From assembly GCA_964405455.1 (NCBI GenBank), contig CAYOOA010000004.1:5342-69341 (forward strand): a stretch of 64,000 nucleotides of DNA, given 5' to 3'. Source of the DNA: an uncultured Anaerolineaceae bacterium. Lineage in GTDB: Bacteria; Chloroflexota; Anaerolineae; Anaerolineales; Anaerolineaceae. The notes below the pieces were generated by a model. That model ran no database searches, was not told where the DNA came from, and saw only the letters and a program-made list of their open reading frames with translations. This document shows positions 10,263 to 18,846 of this stretch, one piece after another (positions within the stretch are counted from its first letter, which is position 1; every line of letters begins with the position of its first letter). The translations under genes were made by a program, and so were the position numbers.

Positions 10263-10373
10263 AACGGGATCCTCCTTTCCTCGGGTTTGCCCCGGGACTG
10301 CACCGACGGTGAGCCAGGAGCGGAAAGTAACACCCGCCAGGCGGGTGCCAAAACAGCGGGTGTTATTGTACCA
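10263..10373 (-). promoter_or_regulatory. candidate extended -10 promoter and structured 5' leader of the rpsF-ssb-rpsR operon
   Basis: The minus strand has TGGTACAAT (10373-10365), an extended -10 box. The leader carries CACCCGC twice and GCGGGTG once, which allows two mutually exclusive helices. Confidence 0.4.
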
Positions 10374-10411
10374 TAAAGGCGATTAATTTTCGAGGATTAA
10401 CAGTTTCTAAT

Positions 10412-11101
10412 TCAGTGATGATGATTGTTACCAAGGATCTGGTTGGCGCGGTTAAGGATATTATCCAACGGTTGGGCGGCAAAGGATGGGATGGAGAAAT
10501 CCGCCTGGGAGAGGTCTAATTTGGCAGAAAGCGGATTGGGAGCCGCCACGCAAATCATCCCGGCAGCCTTGGCAGCCCGGATTCCATTGGGGGAGTCTTC
10601 AAAAGCCAGGGCTTCGTGAGGTTGGATCCCCAGGTGACGGACAGCAGCCAGGTACAAGCCGGGATCCGGTTTGACCGGTGAGACTTCGTCCTTGGTATAA
10701 ACACATTGGAACCGCCGGGATAAATCCAAACGATCCAGGTGGCGCATCACCCAGGAGCGCTCGGAGCTGGAAGCAACCGCTAAACCCATGCCAAGTTGAT
10801 CTGCCCGATCCAATACATCCAGCACGCCTGGCAGGACTGGCTGCTGCATAGCTCGAGCAAGTGACATTTGTGTCTGTTGAGCCCAGATTTCCTGTCGTTC
10901 CGGCAACCTGTGCCCCAATTTACTCTCCAGATGAGCAACAGGATCAAATGCATCCTGCGTAGTACCAAGACAGGCAACCCAGTCCGTAAAGAGTAAATCC
11001 TGGCCATAGCGGTGATAAATTTCCACCCAACTGGAGTATTCCGGTTGCTCTGTGTCGACAATCACACCATCAAAATCAAAAACAATCGCTCGAATCATCA
11101 T
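10412..11101 (-). CDS. HAD-superfamily hydrolase (beta-phosphoglucomutase/phosphatase-like, subfamily IA)
   Basis: Motif I 'VFDFDGVIVDTE', then 'AVASSS' and 'EDSPNGIRAAKAAGM'. Starts 2 nt after the Ldh2 stop. Confidence 0.8.
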   Translation of the reverse strand: MMIRAIVFDFDGVIVDTEQPEYSSWVEIYHRYGQDLLFTDWVACLGTTQDAFDPVAHLESKLGHRLPERQEIWAQQTQMSLARAMQQPVLPGVLDVLDRADQLGMGLAVASSSERSWVMRHLDRLDLSRRFQCVYTKDEVSPVKPDPGLYLAAVRHLGIQPHEALAFEDSPNGIRAAKAAGMICVAAPNPLSAKLDLSQADFSIPSFAAQPLDNILNRANQILGNNHHH

Positions 11102-11103
11102 TA

Positions 11104-12210
11104 TTAAAAGGGAAAATTGAAGTTGGTCAAGTTTAGTTCTGCCTGAAGATACTTAATATCTTTTTGCAGGTTGGGGACAATCGGCACACCCTGGCGGCGG
11201 ACAAGCTGTTCACTCTCGAATTCCTTCTCGCCGGCTGTGTATATCCGCGGTTGGCCGGGCGCTTTGGTGGAGGCACGTAATTCGCGTAGAATCTCGCCCG
11301 TAGTTTTCTTGAATTCGTTCAGGTCGACAAAGGCTTCGATATTGATTGCCATGAAGAAGTGACCGATCTTGAACGGTTGTTTCTTGCCCTCCGGGCTGAT
11401 CCCGGTCAATCCCCACATGAAGGCCCCACCCTGCAGGGAGGCGGAGAAAATCTCCACCATGGTGGCCAGGTCGTAGCCTTTATGACCGCCAAGTAGCTCT
11501 CCAGCGCCACCCAGGGGGAGCAACGCCGCGGCTTCCTTGCCGAATCCTTCCAGGATCTGGGCAGGGTTTGTCAGGGGCTGCATGTTTTGATCGATCACCC
11601 AGCCTTCCGGGGCGGGCTTTTCAGCCCGGTCGAGCACTTCGATCTTGCCGCGCTGGGTGATGGAGGTGGCAGCGTCGAAGAGGAAGGGGCATTCTTCATC
11701 TGTGGGGCAGCCGAAGGAGATGGGATTGGTGCCCAGCATGGGGCGGACACCGAAGGTTGGTGCGATGGAAGGCCGGGCATTGGTGAATGACATGCCGATC
11801 ATGCCGGCTTTAACGGCCATCAGCGGGTAGTATCCATCAATGCCGAAGTGAGTGGAATTGCGGACAGCTACAGATCCCATGCCGTACTGGCGGGCTTTAT
11901 CAATGGCCATTTGCATGCTGCGCGTGCCGATGATCATACCCATACCGTGGTGACCATCCACCAGGGCAGTGGTAGGGGTTTCGCGGATGATCTCATAATC
12001 TGTTACGGCCTTGTGTTGACCGGATTTAATCCGATCGTAATACATGCGCAAGCGGCCAACGCCGTGAGATTCAATCCCGCGCAGGTCCGAAGTAATCAAT
12101 ACATCTGCGCAAACACTGGCTTCATCTTCAGGTACGCCAGACCGAATGAAGACCTGACGCATAAAATCATACAGTAACTCGACAGGTAAATATTGGGTTG
12201 TTCCAGCCAT
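11104..12210 (-). CDS. Ldh2-family (type-2 malate/L-lactate dehydrogenase family) NAD(P)H-dependent oxidoreductase
   Basis: 'DLRGIESHGVGRLRMYYDRIKSG', 'NSTHFGIDGYY' and 'PLGGAGELLGGHKGYDLA' are typical of the Ldh_2 family. ATG 12210 is chosen because GGAGG sits 8 nt upstream. Confidence 0.8.
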   Translation of the reverse strand: MAGTTQYLPVELLYDFMRQVFIRSGVPEDEASVCADVLITSDLRGIESHGVGRLRMYYDRIKSGQHKAVTDYEIIRETPTTALVDGHHGMGMIIGTRSMQMAIDKARQYGMGSVAVRNSTHFGIDGYYPLMAVKAGMIGMSFTNARPSIAPTFGVRPMLGTNPISFGCPTDEECPFLFDAATSITQRGKIEVLDRAEKPAPEGWVIDQNMQPLTNPAQILEGFGKEAAALLPLGGAGELLGGHKGYDLATMVEIFSASLQGGAFMWGLTGISPEGKKQPFKIGHFFMAINIEAFVDLNEFKKTTGEILRELRASTKAPGQPRIYTAGEKEFESEQLVRRQGVPIVPNLQKDIKYLQAELNLTNFNFPF

Positions 12211-12233
12211 TGCACTAACCTCCATGAAAGAAC

Positions 12234-12263
12234 ACCGCCCTGGCAATGGTTCGCCAGGGCGGT
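12234..12263 (-). terminator. hairpin between the DAO-type oxidoreductase gene and the Ldh2 gene (possible attenuator or terminator)
   Basis: The minus strand reads ACCGCCCTGGC-gaaccatt-GCCAGGGCGGT followed by GTTCTTTC. A second 7-bp hairpin lies at 12276-12302. Confidence 0.4.
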
Positions 12264-12314
12264 CATATGAATTCTCCCTGACAAGCGGTCAACTGGTCAG
12301 GGTTTATTTTACCC

Positions 12315-13481
12315 TTATTTCAGCAATTCTTGGCCGGAGAATTGGCGGTAAGGATCCAGAATTTGGAGAATGATCTGGTCATCCGGCAGGGTTTTGCCAG
12401 TGACCATGCGGGTTAGTAGTTCTGCGATGCCGGGCCCGAGCATAAAGCCCTGGCCGCACATGCCAACTGCCAGGAGCAAACCCTGGATTTCTTTCACCCA
12501 ACCGACCAGCGGAGCGCCATCGGGGGTCATCGGATACAGGCCGCGCCAGGTACGCCGCACGCGAATATTGGATAAGCGCGGCATGATTTCGATCATCCGG
12601 CGGGACACCATGGGTAGAAATTCGCTGGTTTCATTGGTGTTGTAACCCCAGATATTGGGGCTGGGGGTGATGCAAAACACGATCTGGCCAGTCAGGTGTT
12701 GATAGAAATAGTAATTGCTGGATCCAACCGTCGGCCGGATATCGACCACCATGGGGCCAAGAAAACGAGCCACAGCTTCTGTAATGGCCGACTCGTGGGA
12801 ATCCGGCTTGACGGGTAGATCCAGACCGGTCAGCTTGCCGACCTGGTTGGCCCAGGCGCCGGCAGCATTGATCACTACATCCGCGGCATAAGTCCCCTTG
12901 TCGGTTTGAACGGCTTTTACCCTGTCACTTTCCACTACGATGCCGGTAACTGTTTCATTGAACCTGAACTGAGCCCCCAGGCGAACAGCCTGGGTGTAGA
13001 AGGCATGGCAGGCCAGCAGGGAAGAAGCGCTGCCGTCATCCGGCGAGAAGGTGCCGCCCATCAGTCCATTGGGATTGAGATCAGGAACGATTTTCCGCAA
13101 GTCTTCTGCGTTGTACCAATCAATATTCAAGTTGAAGGACTTCTGGGTGACCAACAAATCCTTGAGAATTTTTTCTTCCCGGTCCTGGTACGCGACAAAA
13201 AGATAGCCGCACTTATCCCACTCGATGTCATCTCCGTAAGTTTCCTTCCATGTGGAGAAAACCTCCAGGCTGCACAGGCACAATTGGATCTTGGCCGGAT
13301 CGGAGTGGGTGGCGCGAATACCACCGATGGCTCGTTTGTTGGAACCCTGGCCAACGGAGTGGGCACCATCAAGAACCAGCACTTTCAGGCCAGCCCGGGC
13401 AAGTGAAAACGCGGTGGGTGAGCCGATGGATCCAGCCCCGATGATAATCACATCATAATGAGGAGTGTGGTTGGGATTCAT
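12315..13481 (-). CDS. FAD-dependent oxidoreductase, DAO family (HcnC / opine oxidase B / sarcosine oxidase beta-like)
   Basis: N-terminal 'YDVIIIGAGSIGSPTAFSLARAG' dinucleotide fold with the DAO-family layout. ATGA overlap with the upstream gene. Confidence 0.85.
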   Translation of the reverse strand: MNPNHTPHYDVIIIGAGSIGSPTAFSLARAGLKVLVLDGAHSVGQGSNKRAIGGIRATHSDPAKIQLCLCSLEVFSTWKETYGDDIEWDKCGYLFVAYQDREEKILKDLLVTQKSFNLNIDWYNAEDLRKIVPDLNPNGLMGGTFSPDDGSASSLLACHAFYTQAVRLGAQFRFNETVTGIVVESDRVKAVQTDKGTYAADVVINAAGAWANQVGKLTGLDLPVKPDSHESAITEAVARFLGPMVVDIRPTVGSSNYYFYQHLTGQIVFCITPSPNIWGYNTNETSEFLPMVSRRMIEIMPRLSNIRVRRTWRGLYPMTPDGAPLVGWVKEIQGLLLAVGMCGQGFMLGPGIAELLTRMVTGKTLPDDQIILQILDPYRQFSGQELLK

Positions 13482-15568
13482 TTCTTTTCCTCCTCCCGGG
13501 CACCGGCAAAGACGCCAAGCGGCACCTCCATAAAGATCGGGCGGCGGGTTTGTTCAGTGATTTCATTGATCGGGATGCCCTCTTCGCGGAACAATCGCAG
13601 GACGATGGCTGAGCAGGTCTTGGCGCCGCACGATCCCATCCCCGCACGGGTGACTGTCTTGATCTCATTTACATCCCGGTAACCGGCCCGAATGAGCTGG
13701 CGGATTTCGCGCGCAGTAACCCGCTCACAGCGGCAAACAATGGTGTCATCTTCGATGTGGGGCACATACTCATCCAGGGCCTGGGTGACTTCGGGTTCCT
13801 GGATGCGCAAACCGGCGATTTGGCGGGCAATTTCCTTGGGCGCCTGCACCTGGACAATTAATGTCCGGTCGCTGGTTGGGATGGCATGTACGCCAACCAC
13901 GCTTAAATCACCCAGCGGGGTGCCTTCCGTGTCCAGGACGGTGACGATGTCTTTTTGAACAATTGATTTTCGTGTAAATTCGTAGGGGATGGAAACCAAC
14001 GGCTTTTCCGGGTTGGAGCGGTAGTCCACCAGGGTAATGGCCAGGCCCGGGCAGCCGGCCACGCACATTTCACAATAACCGCAGGAATATTGATCGCCGA
14101 TGAAGGATGGAACCTGGCGAATATCGGCTTCGTTGACCACAATCAAGCCGCGGTCGCAAAGGGCAGAGCAGGGGTTGCAGGGTATTTCCTGGGTACAGTG
14201 AATGACCGGCATGACGCCCGTCGTGATCTCTGGTAGTTCTTCACTGAAATTGGCTCCGGGTTTTGATTTCAAGATTTCGCCGGTACGGTACCAGGAGGCG
14301 GGAATCCCACCGGTGTTGAAGCCCAGGGCGGCAGCCATCTCGCGGCCTTTGATCTTGCCGGAGAACATGGCAGCCGAGGCTTCGGCGATTTCCTCGGCAT
14401 CGCCGGCGGCGAATGCCTGGATACCGAAATCCCGGGCTTTGAGGTAAAACTCATTGACCGGGTCCAGCCCGACGGCGATCAAGACTGCATCACATTCGAA
14501 AGATTTCTCGGTGCCAGGGATGGGATTAAAGTGATCATCCACGGCAGCAATGGTGACCGAATCGACATAATCCGTGCCGTTGGCGCTCAGGATGGTGTGA
14601 GAAGTGTAAATCGGCACGCCCATTCGGGCAATTTTATCCTTGTGAACCTTGTAGCCGCCGCATTCCTTCATGGCTTCCACCAGACCAACCACACCGATAC
14701 CGGCCTGCAGAGCATGATAACCGGCGATCAGGCCGACATTGCCGCCGCCGACGATGAAAAGGCGCTGGGCAGGACGGACCAGGTCGCGATTGACCAGTGT
14801 CTGGAAAGCTCCCGCGCCGTAGACACCCGGAAGAGTGTTGCCCTTGAAGGCCAGGAATTTTTCACGGGCGCCGGATGCGACCAACAGGATTTGCGGCTTC
14901 ACCAGGACGTAATCCTGCCCGTTGCGCAGTATGCCAACCTTCTTATCACTGTATACAGCCAGCGCCGTGGATTGCAGCCAGATCTCAACGGATTGATATT
15001 TACGCAGATCTTTTTCCAGCCGGGTGGCAATATCAATGCCACGGGTGCCGGCATATACGGCGCTGGTTGAGCCGAAGAAGCGGTGAGTTTGCAGGACCAG
15101 CTTGCCCCCCAGGCGGTGTTTATCGTCCACTAAAAGGACACGGATGCCCAGGCGGCCCAGTTCTGCCGCAGCAGAAAGCCCGGCCGGGCCTCCGCCGATG
15201 ATCAGGACCGGGACTTCGATTTCTTCCGGTGCGTGCATGTTCGGGACGGCTTCCACAACCGGAAGTTCTGGTAACCCGTCTGCCGGGGCGACACGCATTT
15301 CTGGTTGGATCAATTCCATGCAGGATTTTACCGGCCGGCCGTTCGCCAGGACCATGCACTGGGCACACTGGCCGTTCGCACAGAAAATCCCTTGGGGCGC
15401 GCCATCCTTGTGGTGGTGTCCGAAGATGCGAATTCCGTTGGCAAATAAAGCGGCAGAGATTGTTTCACCAGTCAAGGCGGTCAGTGGTTGGTCCAGCCAG
15501 TAAAAAGTGAGCGGTTGACGTTCCGGGATGGGAAGAATGGGGTGTTGCTGGATGCGAAAATCAGCCAT
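13478..15568 (-). CDS. multidomain Fe-S flavoprotein, an HcnA-like [2Fe-2S] plus HcnB/OoxA-like pyridine-nucleotide-disulfide oxidoreductase fusion with a Cys-rich Fe-S segment and a BFD-like [2Fe-2S] domain
   Basis: 'GIFCANGQCAQCMVLANGRPVKSC', 'VLIIGGGPAGLSAAAEL', 'LFIVGGGNVGLIAG', 'CGYCEMCVAGCPG' and 'CRCERVTAREIRQLI...GMGSCGAKTC'. Confidence 0.8.
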   Translation of the reverse strand: MADFRIQQHPILPIPERQPLTFYWLDQPLTALTGETISAALFANGIRIFGHHHKDGAPQGIFCANGQCAQCMVLANGRPVKSCMELIQPEMRVAPADGLPELPVVEAVPNMHAPEEIEVPVLIIGGGPAGLSAAAELGRLGIRVLLVDDKHRLGGKLVLQTHRFFGSTSAVYAGTRGIDIATRLEKDLRKYQSVEIWLQSTALAVYSDKKVGILRNGQDYVLVKPQILLVASGAREKFLAFKGNTLPGVYGAGAFQTLVNRDLVRPAQRLFIVGGGNVGLIAGYHALQAGIGVVGLVEAMKECGGYKVHKDKIARMGVPIYTSHTILSANGTDYVDSVTIAAVDDHFNPIPGTEKSFECDAVLIAVGLDPVNEFYLKARDFGIQAFAAGDAEEIAEASAAMFSGKIKGREMAAALGFNTGGIPASWYRTGEILKSKPGANFSEELPEITTGVMPVIHCTQEIPCNPCSALCDRGLIVVNEADIRQVPSFIGDQYSCGYCEMCVAGCPGLAITLVDYRSNPEKPLVSIPYEFTRKSIVQKDIVTVLDTEGTPLGDLSVVGVHAIPTSDRTLIVQVQAPKEIARQIAGLRIQEPEVTQALDEYVPHIEDDTIVCRCERVTAREIRQLIRAGYRDVNEIKTVTRAGMGSCGAKTCSAIVLRLFREEGIPINEITEQTRRPIFMEVPLGVFAGAREEEKK

Positions 15569-15763
15569 GGAATTCCTTTGAGTAGAATCTCAAGTAGAAT
15601 TAATCGGGCAGGGTTGTTGTCCGCATAAGATTGTAACAAATGGAATATTATCCGGCTAATTACTTTCAGCCATAAATCGGACTATGACTGTCACAAACTT
15701 GCATGGATAAATCTCAACTGGATTGTGATACAATTTTTTAAACTTACAGCGGAGGGAGTAATT

Positions 15764-16732
15764 ATGAAAAGAGTAGCTGTTTTGACAAGCGGCGGTGATG
15801 CTCCCGGAATGAACGCGGCCATTCGGGCTGTCGTGCGAGTCGGCATTGCCCAGGGGTTTGAAATGTTCGGGGTTCGCCTGGGCTATGAAGGATTGATCAA
15901 TGGACGCTTTGTTCCCCTGGGAGCGCGGGATGTGGGTGGAATCATCCAGCGGGGAGGGACCATCCTGGGCAGCGCCCGCAGCCTGGAGTTTAAGACCCTG
16001 GAAGGTCAGCGAAAAGCCATCCGGGAAATGAATGAACAGGGGATTGATGCCCTGGTGGTGATCGGGGGAAACGGCTCTCAAACCGGCTCTTATGCACTCG
16101 CCAAACTGGGTTTCCCGGTGGTGGGGGTGGCCTCCACGATCGATAACGATTTATTCGGTTCGGATATCACCATCGGGGTGGATACGGCGTTGAATATTGC
16201 CCTCGAGGCGATAGATCGGCTTAAAATAACTGCATCTTCGCACCAGCGAGCCTTTATGATCGAGGTCATGGGAAGGAATTGTGGATACCTGGCATTAATG
16301 TCCGGGATTGCCGGCGGCGCTGAAATGATGGTTATCCCGGAAGTGGAGATTAACCCGGAAGAAATCGCTGAAGCTCTGCGAATTGCATATGATAAAGGCA
16401 AGGCACATGCGATTGTAGTTGTAGCAGAAGGAGCCAAGTACCCGGTGGCTGTTTTGGATCAGTACTTCAAAGACCACAAGGAACGACTTGGATTTGATCT
16501 GCGTATCACCACCCTGGGGCATGTCCAGCGTGGTGGAAATCCAGGTGCGTTTGACCGAATCCTGGCCACCCGCCTTGGAGCAGGAGCGATTGATGCGCTG
16601 GTACGCGGAGAATCCGGCGTGCTGGTAGGGCAGGTGAAAAGCGAGGTGATCACCACCCCCCTGGAGGTGGTGACCAATACCAAGAAAACAATCGATATGA
16701 AACTATTGGAATTGGCCAAGAAGCTGGATTGA
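15764..16732 (+). CDS. pfkA: ATP-dependent 6-phosphofructokinase
   Basis: Motifs 'KRVAVLTSGGDAPGMNAAIR', 'IGGNGS', 'TIDNDL' and 'MGRNCGYLAL'. ATG 15764 lies behind GGAGGGAG, so the longer GTG 15725 start is rejected. Confidence 0.92.
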   Translation: MKRVAVLTSGGDAPGMNAAIRAVVRVGIAQGFEMFGVRLGYEGLINGRFVPLGARDVGGIIQRGGTILGSARSLEFKTLEGQRKAIREMNEQGIDALVVIGGNGSQTGSYALAKLGFPVVGVASTIDNDLFGSDITIGVDTALNIALEAIDRLKITASSHQRAFMIEVMGRNCGYLALMSGIAGGAEMMVIPEVEINPEEIAEALRIAYDKGKAHAIVVVAEGAKYPVAVLDQYFKDHKERLGFDLRITTLGHVQRGGNPGAFDRILATRLGAGAIDALVRGESGVLVGQVKSEVITTPLEVVTNTKKTIDMKLLELAKKLD

Positions 16733-16760
16733 TCGTTACGATCGAAAGAGAAATATGGAA

Positions 16761-16792
16761 GCGGCTGGCTAAATCGCCAGCCGCTTTTTTTT
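16761..16792 (+). terminator. intrinsic terminator after pfkA (convergent with prfB)
   Basis: GCGGCTGGC-taaatc-GCCAGCCGC followed by T8. Confidence 0.85.
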
Positions 16793-16795
16793 AGA

Positions 16796-17882
16796 TTATT
16801 TTTCGCCGTTCCAGCGCAGGTAGGCTTCGATGAAGCCGTCGATTTCGCCGTCCAGGGCAGCCTGGGTGTTGCCAGTCTCATACTCGGTGCGGTGATCCTT
16901 GACCAACTGGTAGGGGTGCAGGGTGAAGGTGCGGATCTGGCTGCCAAATTCCACCTTGGTGTATTCACCGCGCAATTCGGCCATTTGCTTGTCCTGTTCG
17001 GCACGCTTGATTTCCAGCAAACGGGCGCGCAGGACGCGCATGGCATTTTCGCGGTTTTGCATCTGCGAGCGTTCATTCTGGCAGGCAACGACGATGCCCG
17101 TGGGGATGTGGGTGATGCGAACAGCAGTCGAGTTTTTCTGCACGTTTTGTCCACCGGCGCCGGATGAGCGGAAAACATCCACCCGGATTTCATCGGCGGA
17201 GATGACGATTTCATCATCATCGTTGACTTCGGGCAGCACTTCCACCTGGGCGAAAGATGTGTGCCGGCGGTGGGCAGAATCGAATGGAGAAAGGCGGATC
17301 AGGCGGTGAACGCCCTTTTCAGAGTGAAGGTAACCGTAGGCATACCTGCCGGTGACCGCGATGGTGACCGTTTTGATCCCGGCCTCTTCGCCTTCATTGA
17401 AGTCGAGGATTTCGGTTTGGTAGCCGCGGCGTTCCGCCCAGCGCAGATACAGACGCTCCAGCATGGCGGCCCAATCCTGGGCTTCTGTTCCGCCAGCGCC
17501 AGAGTTGATGGTCAAGAGGGCATTGCCTTTATCGTAGGGACCGGAGAGCAGCGTGGATATCTCCCGCTGGGCAAGTTCCTTTTCAAGAGCGGTGGTTTCA
17601 TCCTCCAGCTCAGGCCGCAGGGATTCATCTTCCGTGCCGGCCAGTTCGATGGCGTCATCGAGGCGCTGAACGATAGCTTTCCAGCCATCCACTTCGGCGC
17701 GTAAATCGGCCATGTCTTTCATGATGCGCTGCGCGCGTTCCCGGTCATTCCATAGATCGGGATCTTCCGATTGTTTGGTCAGTTCGGCGAGTTCAGTTTC
17801 CTTTGACGCCAGGTCAAAGATGCTCCAGGAGGTCAGAGATCAGCGCTTTTGCGCTGTTAAGACGGTCGAGCAAATCCTGCAT
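16796..17882 (-). CDS. prfB: peptide chain release factor 2, expressed through a programmed +1 ribosomal frameshift
   Basis: The 308-aa ORF carries 'SGAGGQNVQK' (GGQ) and an RF2-type domain. The missing N-terminus (ATG 17882, 22 codons) ends at an in-frame TGA in the context CTT TGA C, and a +1 shift joins the two frames into 361 aa. Confidence 0.9.
17813..17826 (-). other. RF2 autoregulatory +1 frameshift site
   Basis: The minus strand reads GGAG CAT CTT TGA C, that is an SD-like element, a 3-nt spacer, slippery CUU and a UGA stop followed by C. Confidence 0.88.
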
Positions 17883-17911
17883 TGGTAAACTCCTTCCAGG
17901 TTCCGATAAAA

Positions 17912-18823
17912 CTATTTTTCCATAACCCCGTTGACAAATGCTTCGCGGTCAAAGGGAGTTAAATCTTCCGGTTTCTCGCCCAGTCCAGCATACAGGATGG
18001 GCAGCCCCAGTTCTTTTTGAATGGCAAACGCCATGCCGCCTTTGGCGGATGAATCCAGCTTGGCCAGGATGATGCCGGTGACCTTGACCGCTTCCTTGAA
18101 GGCGCGCGCCTGGGCGAGGGCATTTTGACCGGTGGTGGCATCCAGCACCAACCAGATGGCATGCGGAGCACCGGGGAGAGCTTTGCCCACCACGCGGTGG
18201 ACTTTCTTCAGCTCTTCCATCAGGTTGAAGCGGGTGTGCAGACGGCCGGCCGTATCCACCAGGAGAATATCCACAGCGCGAGCCTGGGCGGATTGAACCG
18301 CATCAAAGGCCACTGCACCGGGGTCGGCGTTGGGCTGGCCGGCAATCACCGGGATATTGAGACGCTGACCCCAAACCTGGAGTTGATCCACGGCAGCGGC
18401 ACGGTAGGTATCCCCGGCGGCCAGGAGGACTTTTTTGCCCTGGATGGTGAACAGCTTGCCCAACTTGGCGGCAGTGGTTGTCTTGCCGCTGCCGTTGACG
18501 CCTACCAACAGCACAACAGCTGGTTTATGGGCGGAGAGATCCACCAGGGGAGATGGATCGATCCGACGGATCAACTCGGCACGCAGGGCTTCCTGCAACT
18601 CTGCTGAACGGGTTAAGCCCTGCTCTTTGACAGTCTTCTGGAGTGCAGTTGTGACCGAAAGAGTGGTATCTGCCCCCAGGTCGGCCTGGATCAAAATCGC
18701 TTCCAGTTCCTCCCAAGTATCGTCAGAGATTTCTGTTGCGCCGAACAGGGTTGCTATGCGCCCAAATGCCACCTTGCGGGTGCGGGCGAGTCCTTCCATC
18801 CATTTGCCAAATATATCTGCCAT
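17912..18823 (-). CDS. ftsY: signal recognition particle receptor FtsY
   Basis: NG domain motifs '[17 protein letters not shown]', 'DTAGRLH' and '[14 protein letters not shown]'. ATG 18823 is preferred because the 18880 start would overlap rlmN by 34 nt. Confidence 0.88.
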   Translation of the reverse strand: MADIFGKWMEGLARTRKVAFGRIATLFGATEISDDTWEELEAILIQADLGADTTLSVTTALQKTVKEQGLTRSAELQEALRAELIRRIDPSPLVDLSAHKPAVVLLVGVNGSGKTTTAAKLGKLFTIQGKKVLLAAGDTYRAAAVDQLQVWGQRLNIPVIAGQPNADPGAVAFDAVQSAQARAVDILLVDTAGRLHTRFNLMEELKKVHRVVGKALPGAPHAIWLVLDATTGQNALAQARAFKEAVKVTGIILAKLDSSAKGGMAFAIQKELGLPILYAGLGEKPEDLTPFDREAFVNGVMEK

Positions 18824-18846
18824 AGGGTTGAAATTATAACATGGGC

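Noticed and set aside
15601-15763. Possible small RNA in the 195-nt pfkA / flavoenzyme divergent region
   Set aside because: I see no terminator, conserved-looking structure or promoter pair beyond what two divergent promoters would need. The same conclusion holds for 60317-60480 and 47502-47600.
16459-17220. 253-aa minus-strand ORF spanning the pfkA 3' end, the terminator and part of prfB
   Set aside because: It crosses an intrinsic terminator and overlaps two well-supported genes. The Arg/Ser/Pro/Ala-rich composition is typical of off-frame reading of GC-rich coding DNA.
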